Below, piece by piece: positions 1 through 14,269 of a stretch of DNA of 64,000 nt. The stretch covers positions 87,544,001 through 87,608,000 of the forward strand of contig OZ024743.1 of NCBI GenBank assembly GCA_964016885.1. Reading direction: 5' to 3'. The notes under the pieces were generated by a model. The model ran no database searches, had not been told where the DNA came from, and saw nothing but the letters and a program-made list of their open reading frames with translations. The translations under genes and the position numbers were made by a program. The stretch comes from Eledone cirrhosa. Lineage: Eukaryota. How positions within the stretch are numbered: position 1 is the stretch's first letter; every line of letters begins with the position of its first letter.

Positions 1-935
1 AGTGCTTGGAAAAATAAATTTCCCCTTCTTTCGGTAAATGAAATTACTCGGAACGGATTGCTTCGCCCCGAGGCCCGCCGCGCCGCCGGTTCTGACCGCC
101 ATATAGTACCTTTAAATTCTAGGCTTAATCATAACTATTAGCTGTATCATGGCCCCCTCTTCTGGCACGTAAACAAATCCCCCTCCTGTGTGAATTAATA
201 GTATTCGTTTGGTATAGCGATGGCCTAACGGCAATGGCAGACTTCCCGCTAGCACACCCGAAGCCTAAGACAGTCACATTCCTAGAGTACTCGGAAAAAT
301 CAATTTCCATCTCTTTCTTTAGACGATATCACTCGGAACGGCTGACACGTGGTTAGGAAGGGCTGGCCGGAGTCTGCAGTCGTCGCCTGTTATTGACTGC
401 TAAACAAGGGCTTAATCTTTACTCTATATCCCACCCTGAAAACTTATCGAGAATCTCTATAATACACTTAAACTTTTCATATAAGAGTCTCTGTAAATTC
501 TTTAACTAAATCTTACAACCCAAACCTTAAACTTTTTTTAATTTTTTAATTTTTTTAATCTAATCCAATAACTCTAAACATAAGTTTAACGTTCCAATTT
601 TCTGTTCACACTTTATACCATACAGACGCCCACTATATGCCTCTGTTCAGATATAGGTTCTTTGGAAAAACATTTTTCGCGGCAATTTCTAGTCTGATTG
701 TAGCATGACTATAACGCGGACTTTTCTTCTTTCTTTCTTCTTTTTTCTCTTTGACGGGCAGGTAGTAGTACATTATAAGCTTCCGCCCCCTCACCAGATG
801 GTCATAAGTAGACTGAATAGCCAACACGTGAGGGAGACCGACTAAAGTAGAAGATGCTAGATGGTCGGTCGTCCTCTTGTCTATGATTTTCAGCGCCATG
901 GATTTTATCTGTTATATTCATTTGTTATATTTCGA

Positions 936-993
936 ATACCTGATGATATCACCGGATTCATACTGAACCCGTTCATTGAAATGATCATAGTAT
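936..993 (+). ncRNA. Type I hammerhead ribozyme-like motif (PLE pLTR)
   Basis: atac-CTGATGA-[stem II cgg.ttca/tgaa.ccg, mismatched base]-GAAA-tgatca-TA-gtat; palindromic stem III ATGATCAT; followed by AATAAA. Confidence 0.6.
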
Positions 994-1189
994 AATAAAC
1001 CTTTCAAGGATTTACACAAGTCCAGCCTCCTGTTATTTTATTACAATAATTAACTCCGTACTCGCACCACCAACTACACAAACGAAGACGGGTGAGCTTC
1101 ATTACGTTGAGTACTCTCCATAATATTAAACCTAAATAAATAATGCTCCAGAAATGTTGAGCGCTTTCAGATGTAATAATGTCCAGAAA

Positions 1190-3170
1190 TGGGAGTTGAT
1201 CTTGGCTGTATTCCATTGTGAATTGGATGTGGTTATTGATGCCGTTAATTAAATTTTTGAAATCATTTAGTTGGTCGAGTGTGTGAGACCAAAGAATAAG
1301 ACAATCATCGAGGTAGCGTTTCCAATTCTCTGATAAATATTTGTGGAAGTTCAATCCGTATTTTGATTTGGAGTGTTCATAATCTGGACTTCCAAGTATG
1401 CCATGACCAAGTTAGCATAAGTTGGAGCGACTTTTGTACCCATCGCAGTCTCCGATATTTGCTTGTAAGTATTGCCATCGAAATCAAAAAAGTTGTTCTG
1501 TAAAATAAATGTTAATCCCTCGGTGATGAAGCTTTTTTCTATTCTGCCAGGTATCTCATTGGGATATTTCTCTAGCCAGAATCCTATTGCTTATAGTCCG
1601 TATTGGTGTGGGATCGTTGTGTAGAGATTCACTACATCGAAAGACACAATAATAGTGTCATTGTTGACATGTTTGGGAGGTGGTTTAAGAGGTCCAGATC
1701 GTCTCTTACAAGGCTTGGTATGTGTTTGAGAATTGGTTTTAGTAGTATGTCTATAAAGTTGCTTAGTCTGTGTGTTTCATATTGTGGGCCCGCTACAATT
1801 GGTCTTAATTTAAGGTCAGTGGGGTATTGTGTGTTCACGCAGGTTGAGGTGGTTTCTTCACAGGCATCGTTAATTATTTTACACTTGTGTATTCAAAATG
1901 TGTTAAATAATCGCGTTCGTTTTTAGTTAAGTCTTCCTGGTATCGACAAATGAATGTGTTTAATCTGCTCATCGTTTTTGATTGCTGGAAGTGTTTTACT
2001 CTTTCATATTAGTTAGTATCTTTTAAGAGAGAGAACATAGAATTTGTATATTGTTCAGCATACATAATGACGACAGTACTTCCCTTGTCCGCTTCCTTAA
2101 TTACAATGTCAGTATTGTTTTTTAGTTCATGGATAATTTCCCATTCCCTTCGACTCGTGTTGGGTTTGGGTTTAGGTTGCGGTAGTTCATGGTATAGGAA
2201 AGTTGCTATGTGGTCACAAAATTTGTCCAGAACTCTGTTTCTATCTTTTGTTGGGTTGTAGCTGCTTTTATTCCGTACAATTGATTGGTCGTTATTCTCC
2301 TTGTCAAAAAATTCCTCTGTGAGGCGTAATTTTCTACAGAAGTGTGAGATATCGTCATTCATCTCATTGAGGTTAGAGTATTGTGGTGTTGGTGTGAATT
2401 TCAGTCCTTTGGAGAGAATTTTAATTTATTGGGATGAGAAGTTTGTATTTGAAAGGTTGATTATTTTCGATTTTTCAAAACAGGTTTGTGCCACCGGGTG
2501 TCGTGGGTCCTGTAGCCTTGGTCTAAAAAATGATTTTTCTGAATTGTTTTTTCATGGGTATTATTATATCTAATGGCATCTTCCATGTTGTTGTGTGGTC
2601 TTGTATAGAAGTTTCGGACGTATTGAGGTTCGGTTTGTTGATAGTCCGGGTTGTAAATTTTGTTCCTTTGTGTGGGTTGGGGGTTTACGGTTTTGGAATA
2701 GGTTTTGTGTGGGTTGTGATCTGCGGATCGTCCTGTCTTGTGTTGGGGGACATTCGTTTTTTTTAGTAGGGTTATAGTTTTGTCTATGGGTTCTGGGATT
2801 ATCGTCATAGTTTTGCTGGGGGTATGCTGGACGTTTTGTTACTTTTTTTGTTATTTGTTGTGAGTGTGGTGTGTGAGTTCTAGTTTGTTTTAAAAATGGG
2901 TTACCTGTATGTTGTTCATTTTTGAAATCCATTTCGTAGTTGGTGAACCAGGTGGCGTTTTTTTCTCATCGCTGGAGGGATGTTAGTTATTCATCCTCAC
3001 AATTTTCTTTCCAAAGTTTTAAGGTTTTTTCTTAGAGTAGGCCTTCAGAGTGCCGTGAGATTTCTGTTTCCATCTGTTGGTCGAGTGACTTGAATTGTTC
3101 TTCGTTGGAGTTGGCTCTTAACCGCAGCAGTTCTATTTCTATTTTAAACTTTTCTAAGGCCAACTTTTCA
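1190..3170 (-). pseudogene. Penelope-like retroelement N-terminus and RT, frameshifted
   Basis: Fragments FCRKLRL, IVIKEADKGSTVVIM, LRPIVAG, TAMGTKVAPTYANL (read from DNA), KRYLDDCLILW, FTMEYSQDQLPFLDI. Confidence 0.85.
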
Positions 3171-3414
3171 AATTTCACTCATATATGAAAAAACAATCTG
3201 AGCCCCTCTTTTTTTAAAGGCAAATATAATAAGAACTTTATAACGCGAACTGGCACGAAATTTATTATACTTATTCACATGACAGTCATCAACCAACCAA
3301 ATTACTTTTCTAAAAACCTAGCATTTCGAGCCACTTTTTTCCATATAAAACAGAAGTAACATTCGAACACCGACCAGATGCGAGAAAAACCACAAACCCT
3401 CCATCTCAATTCTA

Positions 3415-3450
3415 CTTTTGAAAAGCACAAGAACTGCGAAACCGGTAAAG
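3415..3450 (+). ncRNA. Minimal hammerhead motif, U3-A8 core variant
   Basis: ctt-TTGAAAA-gca caagaac tgc-GAAA-ccgg-TA-aag; palindromic stem III ACCGGT; AATAAA downstream. Confidence 0.55.
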
Positions 3451-3464
3451 GAACCAAATAAATA

Positions 3465-3585
3465 TATATTTTTTTTAAAAAGACTCCAGTTGCATTTTCG
3501 ATTTCATCTATTTTCCTTATACTTTCACTCACGTAGGACACCTCGGTTATTTTTCATTTTGTAAAAAAAACCTCACTTTCTAATA
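3465..3585 (+). repeat. PLE pLTR tail, second copy at about 59645-59762
   Basis: Near-identical aagactccagttgcattttcgatttcatct...cctcactttctaat at both loci, each ending at (TA)-rich sequence. Confidence 0.8.
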
Positions 3586-3607
3586 TATATATAACCAACA
3601 TAAACTA

Positions 3608-3728
<121 letters not shown>

Positions 3729-3839
3729 GCGTGTGTGTGTGTGTAAAAGGTAAACAGAAATAACGACACAATCGGTACAGGAAGGGATATATTAGGTTAA
3801 TGCTTGATATAGCAGGTATATATATATATATACACAAAC

Positions 3840-3947
<108 letters not shown>

Positions 3948-3959
3948 ACACATATATAT

Positions 3960-4900
3960 ATAAACAAGGACAACATTTCACAGTTAAACTCAACTTTACA
4001 TGTGCATCTGAAAACCTAATCTATGTTTTGACCTGCTCAGGTTGTCAAGAGCACTACATAGGACAGACAAAAAACAGCCTCTGACAACGTATGACCGTCC
4101 ATAGATCACAAATCAAAATACAGGAATATAGAAAGATTGCTTTTAGTGAACATATCGCCAATTGTACACCTAACCAACATCCAAACTTTAAAATTTTCCT
4201 ATTTACAAGTTCATAGACAACGCTTCTTTCATCCATCGTACCAATAAGGAAACGTACTTCATTAACAAATTCCAGCCTCTGCTCAATGGACTAAACTAAA
4301 ACTGGAACGAACAATGAACCAAAACCAAATCCCTATGTTCTCTAAAGAGTTACCTCCCTTACACCCTACCTAATCCTTTTCCTTATATAAATGAATTACC
4401 CCTCTCATTTCTCTCTCCCCTACCTGACCACCCTGAATTACCTCCCCCTGCATATTAACTCTCTAAAAAGGGAAATCATATCAAACCCCAGACTACCATT
4501 TCCATCATGGATCAACTAAGCACTCTTGCCATGATAACATATTTTGAATTGCTTATCTTTAAGAACTATGCCTGTAAATAATATTAGTTTTTCTTTCCCA
4601 TTACCTTATCATGTTCCACATTACCTCCTTTTTTTTCTTTTTTCTTTTCACTTCAAAAACCTTGATTGTAAATAACATTATTCTTTCTTCACCATTTCCT
4701 TAATATGTTCAACATCACCCACATTTTACACCAATACAAATTCCCCCCTTTGATAATGCATAAAATGCTGAAACCGGTGATAGACAATTATTAAATATAT
4801 AAATAAATAAATAAATAAATAAATACCATTGTTAATTAATAAATAAATTAACTAATACCTTAACACTTCACACAAAGTAAAATATTTTGTTTGAAACATT
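3960..4900 (+). mobile_element. 5'-truncated PLE: GIY-YIG fragment plus 3' UTR/pLTR
   Basis: [25 protein letters not shown]; degenerate HHR (TTGATAA..GAAACCGGT) near 4750; starts in (TA)n. Confidence 0.75.
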
Positions 4901-4980
4901 TTCTAACCCATAAAAAAGAGAAAAAAAATAAAAGGAAAAAAAAAATGTTTTCTTCCTAATAATCGTCTTTTTCTCCCTAT

Positions 4981-5155
<175 letters not shown>

Positions 5156-5335
5156 ACCACTTTAATCTTTAATATATGCTCCGATTTATTCCTTAAAATC
5201 TCTGAGCTTCGTCCTCAGGTGGTATAGCGCATGTCTGTGATTTTCTCAGACATAACTCCAATAACTTTGTTAGTATTATATATATAAGAAGAAAATGAGA
5301 AGTAGTTTCAGATTTTAAAGACCTTTATTGATAAG

Positions 5336-5410
5336 GCTGGGATATATATTTCAATGACGACAGTGGCCACACGATTCCGCGCACCCAGTGCCATGATCTC
5401 ATCAGACAGC
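5336..5410 (-). ncRNA. Hammerhead-like motif with long stem II
   Basis: Reverse complement: gctgt-CTGATGA-gatcatggca...tgtcgtcatt-GAAA-tatata-TC-ccagc; AATAAA downstream on the minus strand. Confidence 0.55.
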
Positions 5411-6079
5411 TTCTTACATAATAAGGTTACGTTCTCTAGGCAATCCAAGTTAAAACGACAAGGGAACGGACAAAGATGAAGCCTTCACCTGTTGTTCCTC
5501 TGTGAGCCCTAATTCTCCTCCACAGCTTTGCACAGACGCAAATGTGAAGGAAGTTGACCATCTAACTACTACCCAAAACACTTGCTGACTCGGATTTTAG
5601 ACCGTATTCTGGATATTGTCATGTCACTGATTCAGAAAATACCATCTGTTTTGTACCAGCTGCTCTAGATTTTGATATAGTGCACACGTCATTATTTTCT
5701 TTATTACTAATCCAGAACAGTATTATGAGTTGCTCGTAAATCTATATGTATCTGTATAACCGGGGATTGTCCAGCCACTTTTTCTTCGCACCTATCGCCG
5801 TAGAGTTGTGTTTATCACCTCTGCCAGCTAAACCCCCCCCCCCACGCGTCCCCGTCGCAGCACTGGCTCCACCAAATTGGGTTGGGTGTGAAAGTGTGAG
5901 CTCGACGCTATAACCGATGCAAGTGCATATACTTGCAGCTGGACACTGCTTGTGAAACTAATCATCCGAAGAATCTCCATTGAAATGAACTTACATCGTG
6001 AATTCCTTCGATGCAGCCGACTCAACCCACCCCGAGAGAACATCACTACAAGAACAAGTAAGTAAGTAAAGAGAGCATA

Positions 6080-7450
6080 ACTGGACAAAATGACCGTGAT
6101 TATGTCAGGGCCATCATCAATTGCAGAAGGTTTCAGTCAATACGAATTGAACAACCTTATAAAGGACTTAATCATTTCGAAAAGGGCGTCAGAAATGTTA
6201 TAGTTTCTCGGTTGGGAGAAAAAACTTGGCTGCTACAGGGAACCAAAATAGAATTATATCGCGTCAGCGATAATAGTTTACTAACTTTCTCAAAAGTGAG
6301 AATTGCTGATGAAACTGAGTATATTGAAATACACACCAACTTAATGGCGATTATTCATAGATAGTTCCAAGACAAAGCCTAAATGTGTTCTACATTCAAT
6401 CGGTATGATTGAAGAGCATGGAAGAGTCGCCCCAGTCCTAGAATAAATATCATGACGAGGCTACTAATGAGTGATCTGTATAGATCTGGAGATGGTGAAT
6501 TTTCTCTTGGGTCAGCAGAGGTGGTACACCAAGTATGCGGAGTCTATATGTCTCATGGGCAGTATAACTAAGTATGAACACTGGGTGAGAAGACAGTGAC
6601 TTCTGAGAGAAAACGTGGTGGTTGGAGAAAATAATATCATCAATGAACATTTGGTTGACAGAAAAGATTATATTGCCACCACTGAACATCAAACTAGATT
6701 TCATGAAACAATTTATAAAGGCTTTGAACGTAGAGCGTATTTTTGGCTACATATGTAGAAAATTTCCTGCGTTAACCATGGAAAAGCTAAAGACAGGCAT
6801 TTTCGATACACCGCAAACTCATGAGAGACCCACTTTTCTTCTTCTTCGCCCACTTATTCCTGAGAGGGTCGTTGGGGCAGAGTCCTCATACACTCCTTCC
6901 AGCGGGTCCTGTCAGAAGCAACCATCTTCAGCTGATCCAGCTGCATCCCCAAGCGAGACCAGTCAAGCTCATGGATGTATCCAACTTTCTTCCACGGGGT
7001 CTATCGCTTGGTCTCTTGCCGGTTGATTTTGCCCGTAAAATCTGTCCACCGATTCTTTCCTGGCATAAGAGATGAGAGACCCACGTTTCCAAAATTCAAA
7101 TGACAGCATTGAGGTACGTGCGTGGTCATCGTTTTAGTATAGTTGTGAAGAATATCCTTAGGAACTATAAGGCCGATAACTAGGGTAAATTCGTGGAGAA
7201 TATGCTCTGTTCTGTTTGTAAACATGGTTGTAAAATGAGTACCAAACTGTAATAACTCCCCAGTCATTTGGATGGTTTCCCATATAACCTCGGTGATCTA
7301 AGTGAGAAACAGGGTGAACAACTTCCCCAAGACCTAAAGACTATGAAAGAACAGTGCCGTGGATGATAGAATAGTCAGATGATGGCAGATTACTGCTGGA
7401 ACATTTAACGTGAAGGTCCAGGCACATCTCATTGCAGGAAATATCAGAAA
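6080..7450 (+). pseudogene. Degenerate DNA transposase (CMC/Chapaev3-like)
   Basis: IILPPLNIKLDFMKQFIKAL, DLSEKQGEQLPQDLKTMKE and MMADYCW motifs; family assigned from memory. Confidence 0.6.
6835..7260 (-). mobile_element. RTE-like LINE 3' fragment inserted in the transposase
   Basis: (CTT)n tail at 6835-6848; minus-strand GKRPRDRPRGRKLD-like RT C-terminus. Confidence 0.5.
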
Positions 7451-7644
7451 CACGTTAACCTTCCATCTTTCACTACACTTACTTTTAGTGATTCACTGCT
7501 TCTTTTGTATAGAATACTTTTTATTAAATGTATAGTTCTCATTGTCAAAGGGATAAAACTAAAAAGCTCAGAAGAGGGTGTAAATAAATTGTGCGGACCC
7601 GGGGCAATTGCCCCCTTTGTCCCATTAAATCCGACCCTGCACAG

Positions 7645-7970
7645 ACCCGTTGAGATATTCAAAATAACCCATTTACATGTAGTCCCTTGAATCTAGCGAT
7701 AGATCCTCAGGGGCAGAAATACTGAGTTATTATAAAATAAACCCTTATATCTAGTCCCTTTTGCTTTGGGATAGATCCTCAGACATAGATCCGTTGAGGT
7801 ATACAAAAATGACCCCTAGCATCTAGTCCCTGGAATCTAGGGATAGATCCCCAGGGACACAACTGTCGAGATATTGCAAAATAACCCTTAACATCTAATC
7901 TCTTCAATCTAGGGATAAATCCTCAAACACAGACCGGCCTAGATATTACAACATAATCCCTAACATATAT
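7645..7970. repeat. Degenerate minisatellite, unit about 58-60 bp
   Basis: Recurrent aaaataacccttacatctagtccc...tctagggatagatcctcag, about 5 copies. Confidence 0.7.
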
Positions 7971-8089
7971 ATTCCCGTGATCAAGTGCATTTGCTCCTAT
8001 AATTAATTGTTTTTTTTTTACCCTAGTTTTCAGCCGTATTAGAATTTCCAAAATTTGTTAAAACACTGAAAAAAATATCCATTATTTTC

Positions 8090-8600
8090 TAAACATCTTG
8101 TTCCGAGCGAGCCCCAACCATTCCAACTTATGGGGCTCATTCTTGCGGATGGCCAACTCCACCCCGATAGCAGTGAGTAAGGATGTATTTCGGGGACCAA
8201 GAACACCAAAAGTCTTCATCCGTATAGGTTCAACGACAGACCTTTCGGAAAGGGGTCGATACTTCAACAGCTTGTGATCTTTGGATTGTAGGGCAACGAA
8301 ACCTGAGTCAATCATCGAATCCACCAGGTTGTCGGTGGAGAAAGTGGCGCGGCATGTTGCATCGCTGATGAGTGGCTTACCACCGTGGAAAGAGAAAATC
8401 GTGATGCCATCTAGCCTTCTGCCGTCCCGTTGGTCCAACCATACCACCTGCGGCGACCAAGCAATGCCTGATGATCTTGTTGAGAGTGACATGATGAGGG
8501 AGGCATGACATTGGATGAAGGAAGAAAGCAACTACTGTGGATCCACAGCGGCATTTGGTGAAGTAGGCCTTCATACCAGTGTATATTTGGACATATCAAC
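8090..8600 (-). pseudogene. CRE-like non-LTR retrotransposon C-terminal (REL endonuclease) fragment
   Basis: DGRRLDGITIFSFHGGKPLISDATC, resembling the DGKRPDG..WDAT motif; CRCG zinc-knuckle remnant. Confidence 0.65.
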
Positions 8601-8844
8601 AAACATAGGTGACCACCTCAACTTTTCCACGGTTCTACTCACCGTGTCAAATAATTTCGTTATGTCAACAGAAATGTGCTAAAAGCGGAGTCCTTGCTCT
8701 GTACGTATCTCCTACCACGGTCTAATGTTAAATATCATATCTATGATGCCTCTACCAGATCTAACTCCCCCATTCGGACTCAGGGACATCGATGGAACAC
8801 ATGTGTGACTGCAGGCGATTCAATGAATATTTTATCAACAATGA

Positions 8845-9080
8845 GGGCGCGTGGCTGAGTGGTTAGAGAATTGGATTTGCAATCGTGAGGTTGTGATTCC
8901 CAGACCGGGCGATACGCTATGTCCTTGAGCAAGACACTTTATTTCACGTTGCTCCTTCTGCCTGGGGTTGCGACCGACAGATAATATTAACAATTGGAAA
9001 AACAAACGGAAACATTGTTTCCTTAGTTCGATTTGGCGAGCTCTACTCCACTCGTTATGAGGTCTGGGACCTTGTCGATC
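8845..9080 (+). mobile_element. tRNA-derived SINE, family A
   Basis: A-box tggctgagtggtt, B-box-like segment, core gtccttgagcaagacactttatttcacgttgctcc; (CA)n tail. Confidence 0.8.
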
Positions 9081-9222
<142 letters not shown>

Positions 9223-9509
9223 ACACCACACACACACACACACGGACCCAGCATATTTATCAATGCCAGTACCGGTTGTATCTCAGCGCACTCAATGGGC
9301 AATGTAAGATACCTTACCAGAGTATTCACATAGTTATTTGCCTCAACACAACACATGTAAAGCGGGTGCCTATAAGGTCCCGGACTCGAGATTCTGCCGC
9401 ACTAATGCAGCAGTAAGGTGCACTGCACCATTAGTCTGCATATATTATATATATATATCATCCTTATAAAAAGGAAATTTGTTTCTATGTTGACCGCTAA
9501 TCTATAATC

Positions 9510-9832
9510 CTGATTTCTGATTTAGGCACAAGGCCAGCGATTTGGGGGGAGGGCAAAGTCGATTAACTCGACCCCAGTGTGTTACTGGTACTTTATTTTA
9601 TTGACCCCGTAAGGATGAAAGGTTAATCTTTAATAATTGTTTCTACATTTGGCACAAGGCCAGAAATTACCCAGTACATTACTGGTACTTTATTTTATCG
9701 ACCCCGTAGGGATGAAAGACAAAGTTAACCTCGGCGGGATTTGAACTCAGAACGTAAAGGGACGTAACTATGCTGGAAAGCTGGAAAGCATGGCGTCCAA
9801 CTCTCTACCGATACTGCCAATCCACCGCCCTA
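9510..9832 (-). mobile_element. SINE family B (Nin-domain-like), tandem copies
   Basis: Reverse complement gagttcaaatcccgccgaggttaactttgtctttcatccctacggggtcgataaaataaagtaccag. Confidence 0.8.
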
Positions 9833-11029
9833 ATTAATCTTTAATAATAAAATCGGTTTCGCGTCCGTCCGTCTGTCCAATTCCAAGTAGTTAGTGCAGG
9901 CGCATCCAACTCGTGCCTGACAAGTGCAATTTAAGAAAGAAATTTCAGTGTAGTGTTTTTACTTGCCCCAATAACAATTCGAATATATATAACGATTCGA
10001 ATGTAAATAATATATTCGACAAGTTTGTGTATATATAAGAATATGTAATTTTATATTTATGCTCATTCTCCAGCGAAGACTATGGATAGACAAACATGTA
10101 TAGGCATATACAGTTTTGAATAAATACATGAATAGAGAATAATTCAGAAACTTCATTTAGTTTGTGGAAACAGTTGTTTCAGCACAACTTAGAGAAAACA
10201 CAGACTAACAGAATACAAGAAACATTTAAAATGATTGTAGGGTTTGTTATTCAATAATACTTAAAATGTATGGTCATATCAAAAGATAAACTCGTGGTGT
10301 GAGTAAGCTGTACCTAGAAGGAAAGTTAGCCGGTAAAAGAAGCAAAGATCGACAGCCAAAAACCTCTCTTGATAGCATCAACTATGAACTGGACTTGACT
10401 TTTGCTCTTTAAACTCTGCTGTTGGTGATCGAACTTTGAGGAGAAGAATATCTTATGTTGATGTGCAGTCTGTAACAGGCAGAATGAGCGTCTAGGGGGA
10501 AATAATTCATTAAGTCCTATTAAGGAGGTGTGGGAAGTTCATGAAGGTATGGACTTGAAAAAAGTGGGTGAGGGCAGAGTTTTGTGGAACTCCAACTTGG
10601 AAATTATTAATTCTGAATGTGTTGTTTTTGTACACTAAATAGGTTGTTCTGGCATTGCTCTGCTATAATAAACGTTCAGCGGCACACCGCAACCTCTTAC
10701 GATTCAACGCAGCCACTGATTAATAAGGTACTTTCTTTCCCGCAAAGTCAGAAAAATCAAATAATTGTTTTGTTTATTCTGTGCAAACTAAGAAATATAT
10801 AGAAACCATATGCAAAGGGTTAATGGCAGAGGCAAATTACGCTTGCATCGGTCCTAGCGTACTATTCATGGTAGCAAAAAAAAAATTTATTTGAGTCCCT
10901 GATTACAGCCTAGCCTGCTGCACCTTAAATCCGTATCTGGGAGAGGGGGGATTACGAAAACGTAACGAGAATTTTCAGCTTTTGGTTTTCTCAAATGTCA
11001 CAAAATTGCAAAAAGGAGCGGAAAGGAGC

Positions 11030-11190
11030 CGATCGTCAGACCGGACCTGGGAATCAATGTTGATACTATCTGCTGGTCGCAAATTCTGAGAGAAGGAGCA
11101 ACCTAAAATAAAATGCTTGTTCAAGAACACAACACATATTCCAGTCCAGGAATCAAACCCATGGCATTATGAGTCCAACGCGCCTACGCA
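11030..11190 (-). mobile_element. SINE family A, degenerate
   Basis: agaaggagcaac..aaataaaatgcttgttcaagaacacaac matches the reverse complement of 8845-9080. Confidence 0.6.
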
Positions 11191-11339
11191 TATGTCGTGG
11201 TCGTGTTTCTTATTTGAAAAATATATATACATGTGGCTTTACAAAATTACAAAGTAATGTAATTAATGGATTTTATTAAGCCTGAACGAACAAGTGGTAA
11301 TAAACTTTTCTAGACTGAAAGTTATAAAACTCTACATTA

Positions 11340-11690
11340 ATGTGGTGTGATAAATAAATATATACATATACACCAGGTCCGAACACAAAGGAACCAAACT
11401 CCCACTGTCACTGCTTCCGTCTCTCTTGATCTCCTCATCTTTCACTATTATAAGCAAATGGGGGCCCATACGCTGGGCGCCCAGCATCCCCGTCGGACAG
11501 AATAGAGAAGGCGTTTCCCCGGGGGATGAGAGAGACACGCTGGAAGAGCCATTCCAGCTCGTGAGACTCACACCTGCTGGTAAACAACTCTGTGCTGATG
11601 GTGGTGAGTAGGGATGTGGTCCGAGAGCCAAGGACACCAGAAGTCTCCACTGCTACCGAGGCTCTGGCTATAGCCTGGAGTAGGTGTCTT
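11340..11690 (-). pseudogene. CRE-like retrotransposon 3' fragment
   Basis: ETSGVLGSRTTSLL..HELEWLFQRVSLIPRGNA, homologous to the 8090-8250 segment. Confidence 0.6.
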
Positions 11691-12049
11691 GATACGATAA
11701 CACATGAGCAATGAGGACATCGAGTATCTTCCGTCGCATTCTCTAAAAATTAGTGGAGGGATTTTTTGAAACTGTGATTAGAGACACGAACAACAAAGAC
11801 AGAGAGTAAGAAACACTGGCTAGCTTCTATTTTATGTCGTCATGATTCACGATAATGGTTGATAATGATATAATAGAATGAAAATGATTGTGTACAGTGC
11901 CCAGGTGCACTACAACTCATCAAAAGTGCATGTATAATACATAAAATAATGTAGAAATGTCAGGAAAGTGAACAGTGTATGAGTCATGATATACGCACAG
12001 ACACATACAGATGAGACGAAGGAAAGAATAACACTATAAAGAAAATCAA

Positions 12050-13740
12050 TGAATTACATAGATCCTATGATCCATTACAATATCCTTTGATTCATTGATT
12101 CATTGGAGAGGAAATGATGGCTATTCGTTGGATTTACCTTTATACAATCCAAATACAAATCAAACAGTCCCCAATAAGAAAGTCAAAGGCAGGTAGTATT
12201 ATAGATATCATTTACAAGAAAGAAACAGTTGGAACAAATTCTAAGATGTGAACGATTGTTCCAAATGTATTTAGTCTATATGTATGTCAAAACTCAATTT
12301 GAATTATTGTATATTAAACAGCACCAAACCAAGCTCAAGGTCGAAGAATATTTGCTTTTAAAAGATGCTTTAAACAATGAATGCTTTCTCAATGCACAAG
12401 GATTAGGTTTGACTGTAATCTCACCTCCTACTTCTGTTGGAAGTCCAAGATATTGGAAGGAAAGAACTCAAGATGCAATGTGCTATGTGAGAGAATATAG
12501 TAGGCCTGATTTATTAATAAAATTCACTTGCAGTCCTAAATGGGACAAAATCAAAGATAACGTATACAAGGGACAAAAACCCTAAGATAGGCACGACATA
12601 TTTGACAAAGTTTTAAAACAAAAGTTAAATAAAATGATGAAGACATTGGTTGAAAAAGGAGGTGGAATATTTTGAAAAGCAAAATCCTACATATACACAG
12701 TAGAAAAGAGGCAGAAAAGAGGTTTACCACATGCTCATATCTTACTTTGGTTAGAGCAAACAATTTATCTAAATCAATTAGATTCAGTAATCTCTGCAGA
12801 AATTCCACATCTAATTAATGATCCTAATCTTTATGATCTTGTCACCTCACAAATTGTCCATGGTCTGTGTGGTTTATTAAATCTACAATGTCCATGTATG
12901 AATAATGGAAAATGTGAAAAGAATTACCCTAAATATTTCATTAATGAAACCAGGACAAATGTCACAGGATATCCATCATACAAACGTAGAAATTCAGAAG
13001 ATGGAGGAAGAACAGCAACAATAACAAAAAACTCAAAAACATACAATTGTCAATAGGTGGATTGTATCTTATAATCCATTACTTTTGGAAGCATGTAAAA
13101 GCCACATTAGTGTTGATCTTTGCTCCTCTGTTCAACCTTTAGTATGTATAATTAACTACTTTAATAAAGATAGCGATGCTGCTGTTCTAAGAATACGGAA
13201 TAATGATCAATATAATTGTTTCTACTTTAGGCACAAGGCCAGCAATTACCCAGTGCATTACTGGTACCTTATTTTATCAACTCCGTAAGGATGAAAGGCA
13301 AAGTTAACCTCGGCGGGATTTGAACTCAGAATGGCAAGGGCCATAACTCTATGCGTCAAAGCATGGCGTCTGACTCTCTACCGATACTGCCAATCCACCG
13401 CCCTAATAATGATCAATATAATGATCAATATAATGAAGTCAATAAGTTTGTAACAGGACGTTATCTCAATAGTAATGAGGCTGCTTGGAAAATCTTTGAA
13501 TGTAGTATTCACATGCGATACCCAGGGGTTCAACAATTAGATATACATTTAGAAAATGACCAAATAGTATACTTTACCAGTTATAATATTGAACAAAGAA
13601 TTGGAAATCCAAAATATGTCACTTTAATTTCCTTCTTCAAACAGAACGAATATGCAAGAAGTTTGTTACAGAAAGGAATTCCATCTTATCATATTCTTAC
13701 TTCGAATAAAACAGGAAAAAGAAGATGGAATCTTTTAAAT
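12050..13740 (+). pseudogene. Helitron Rep domain remnant
   Basis: GSPRYWKERTQDAMCYVREYSRPDLLIKFTC, QKRGLPHAHILLW (HUH), GRYLNSNEAAWKIF..HLENDQ. Confidence 0.9.
13218..13404 (-). mobile_element. SINE family B inserted in the Helitron, with TSD
   Basis: Same core as 9650-9830; flanked on both sides by aataatgatcaatataat. Confidence 0.8.
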
Positions 13741-13862
13741 TTAGGTTATGTAATATCTAAATATCTGTTAACATCTTTTATTCTACGGAAAATGGATATT
13801 ACGACAGATGGCAATAGGCGCCTTGTGACTGTATTTAAGCACAGTACAGGAAGAAGAACATG

Positions 13863-14123
13863 AGTAAACCATACATGAGGACACGTGTTTCACATAAAGG
13901 ATATATGTATATACATACATATATCCTTGTATGTATGTATGTATGTATGTATGTATGTATGTATGTATGTATGTATGTATGTATGTATGTATGTATGTAT
14001 GTATGTATGTGCGCGTGTGTGTGCGTATGTGTGTTCAATAATAACACGAGTGACTAAGCTGCTGTATCCAATCCTATATATATATCCTTTATGCGAAACA
14101 CGTTTCCTCATGTATGGTTTACT
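13863..14123. repeat. Inverted repeat (about 48-bp arms) around (TATG)n
   Basis: agtaaaccatacatgaggacacgtgtttcacataaaggatata vs tatatcctttatgcgaaacacgtttcctcatgtatggtttact. Confidence 0.8.
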
Positions 14124-14269
14124 AATTTGTTGTGAAACTAACTTTATTCGACCTCTGGACTGAGTGCTTTACCAGCTTTGGATACAATCTCCCGTTTTTT
14201 CATTACAATATACGACTGCAACACAGTAACCGGATTTTATATCCTTGAGTCTTACACAACCATCACATC

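Noticed and set aside
8845-8920. tRNA gene
   Set aside because: It is a SINE head that continues into a multi-copy SINE body.
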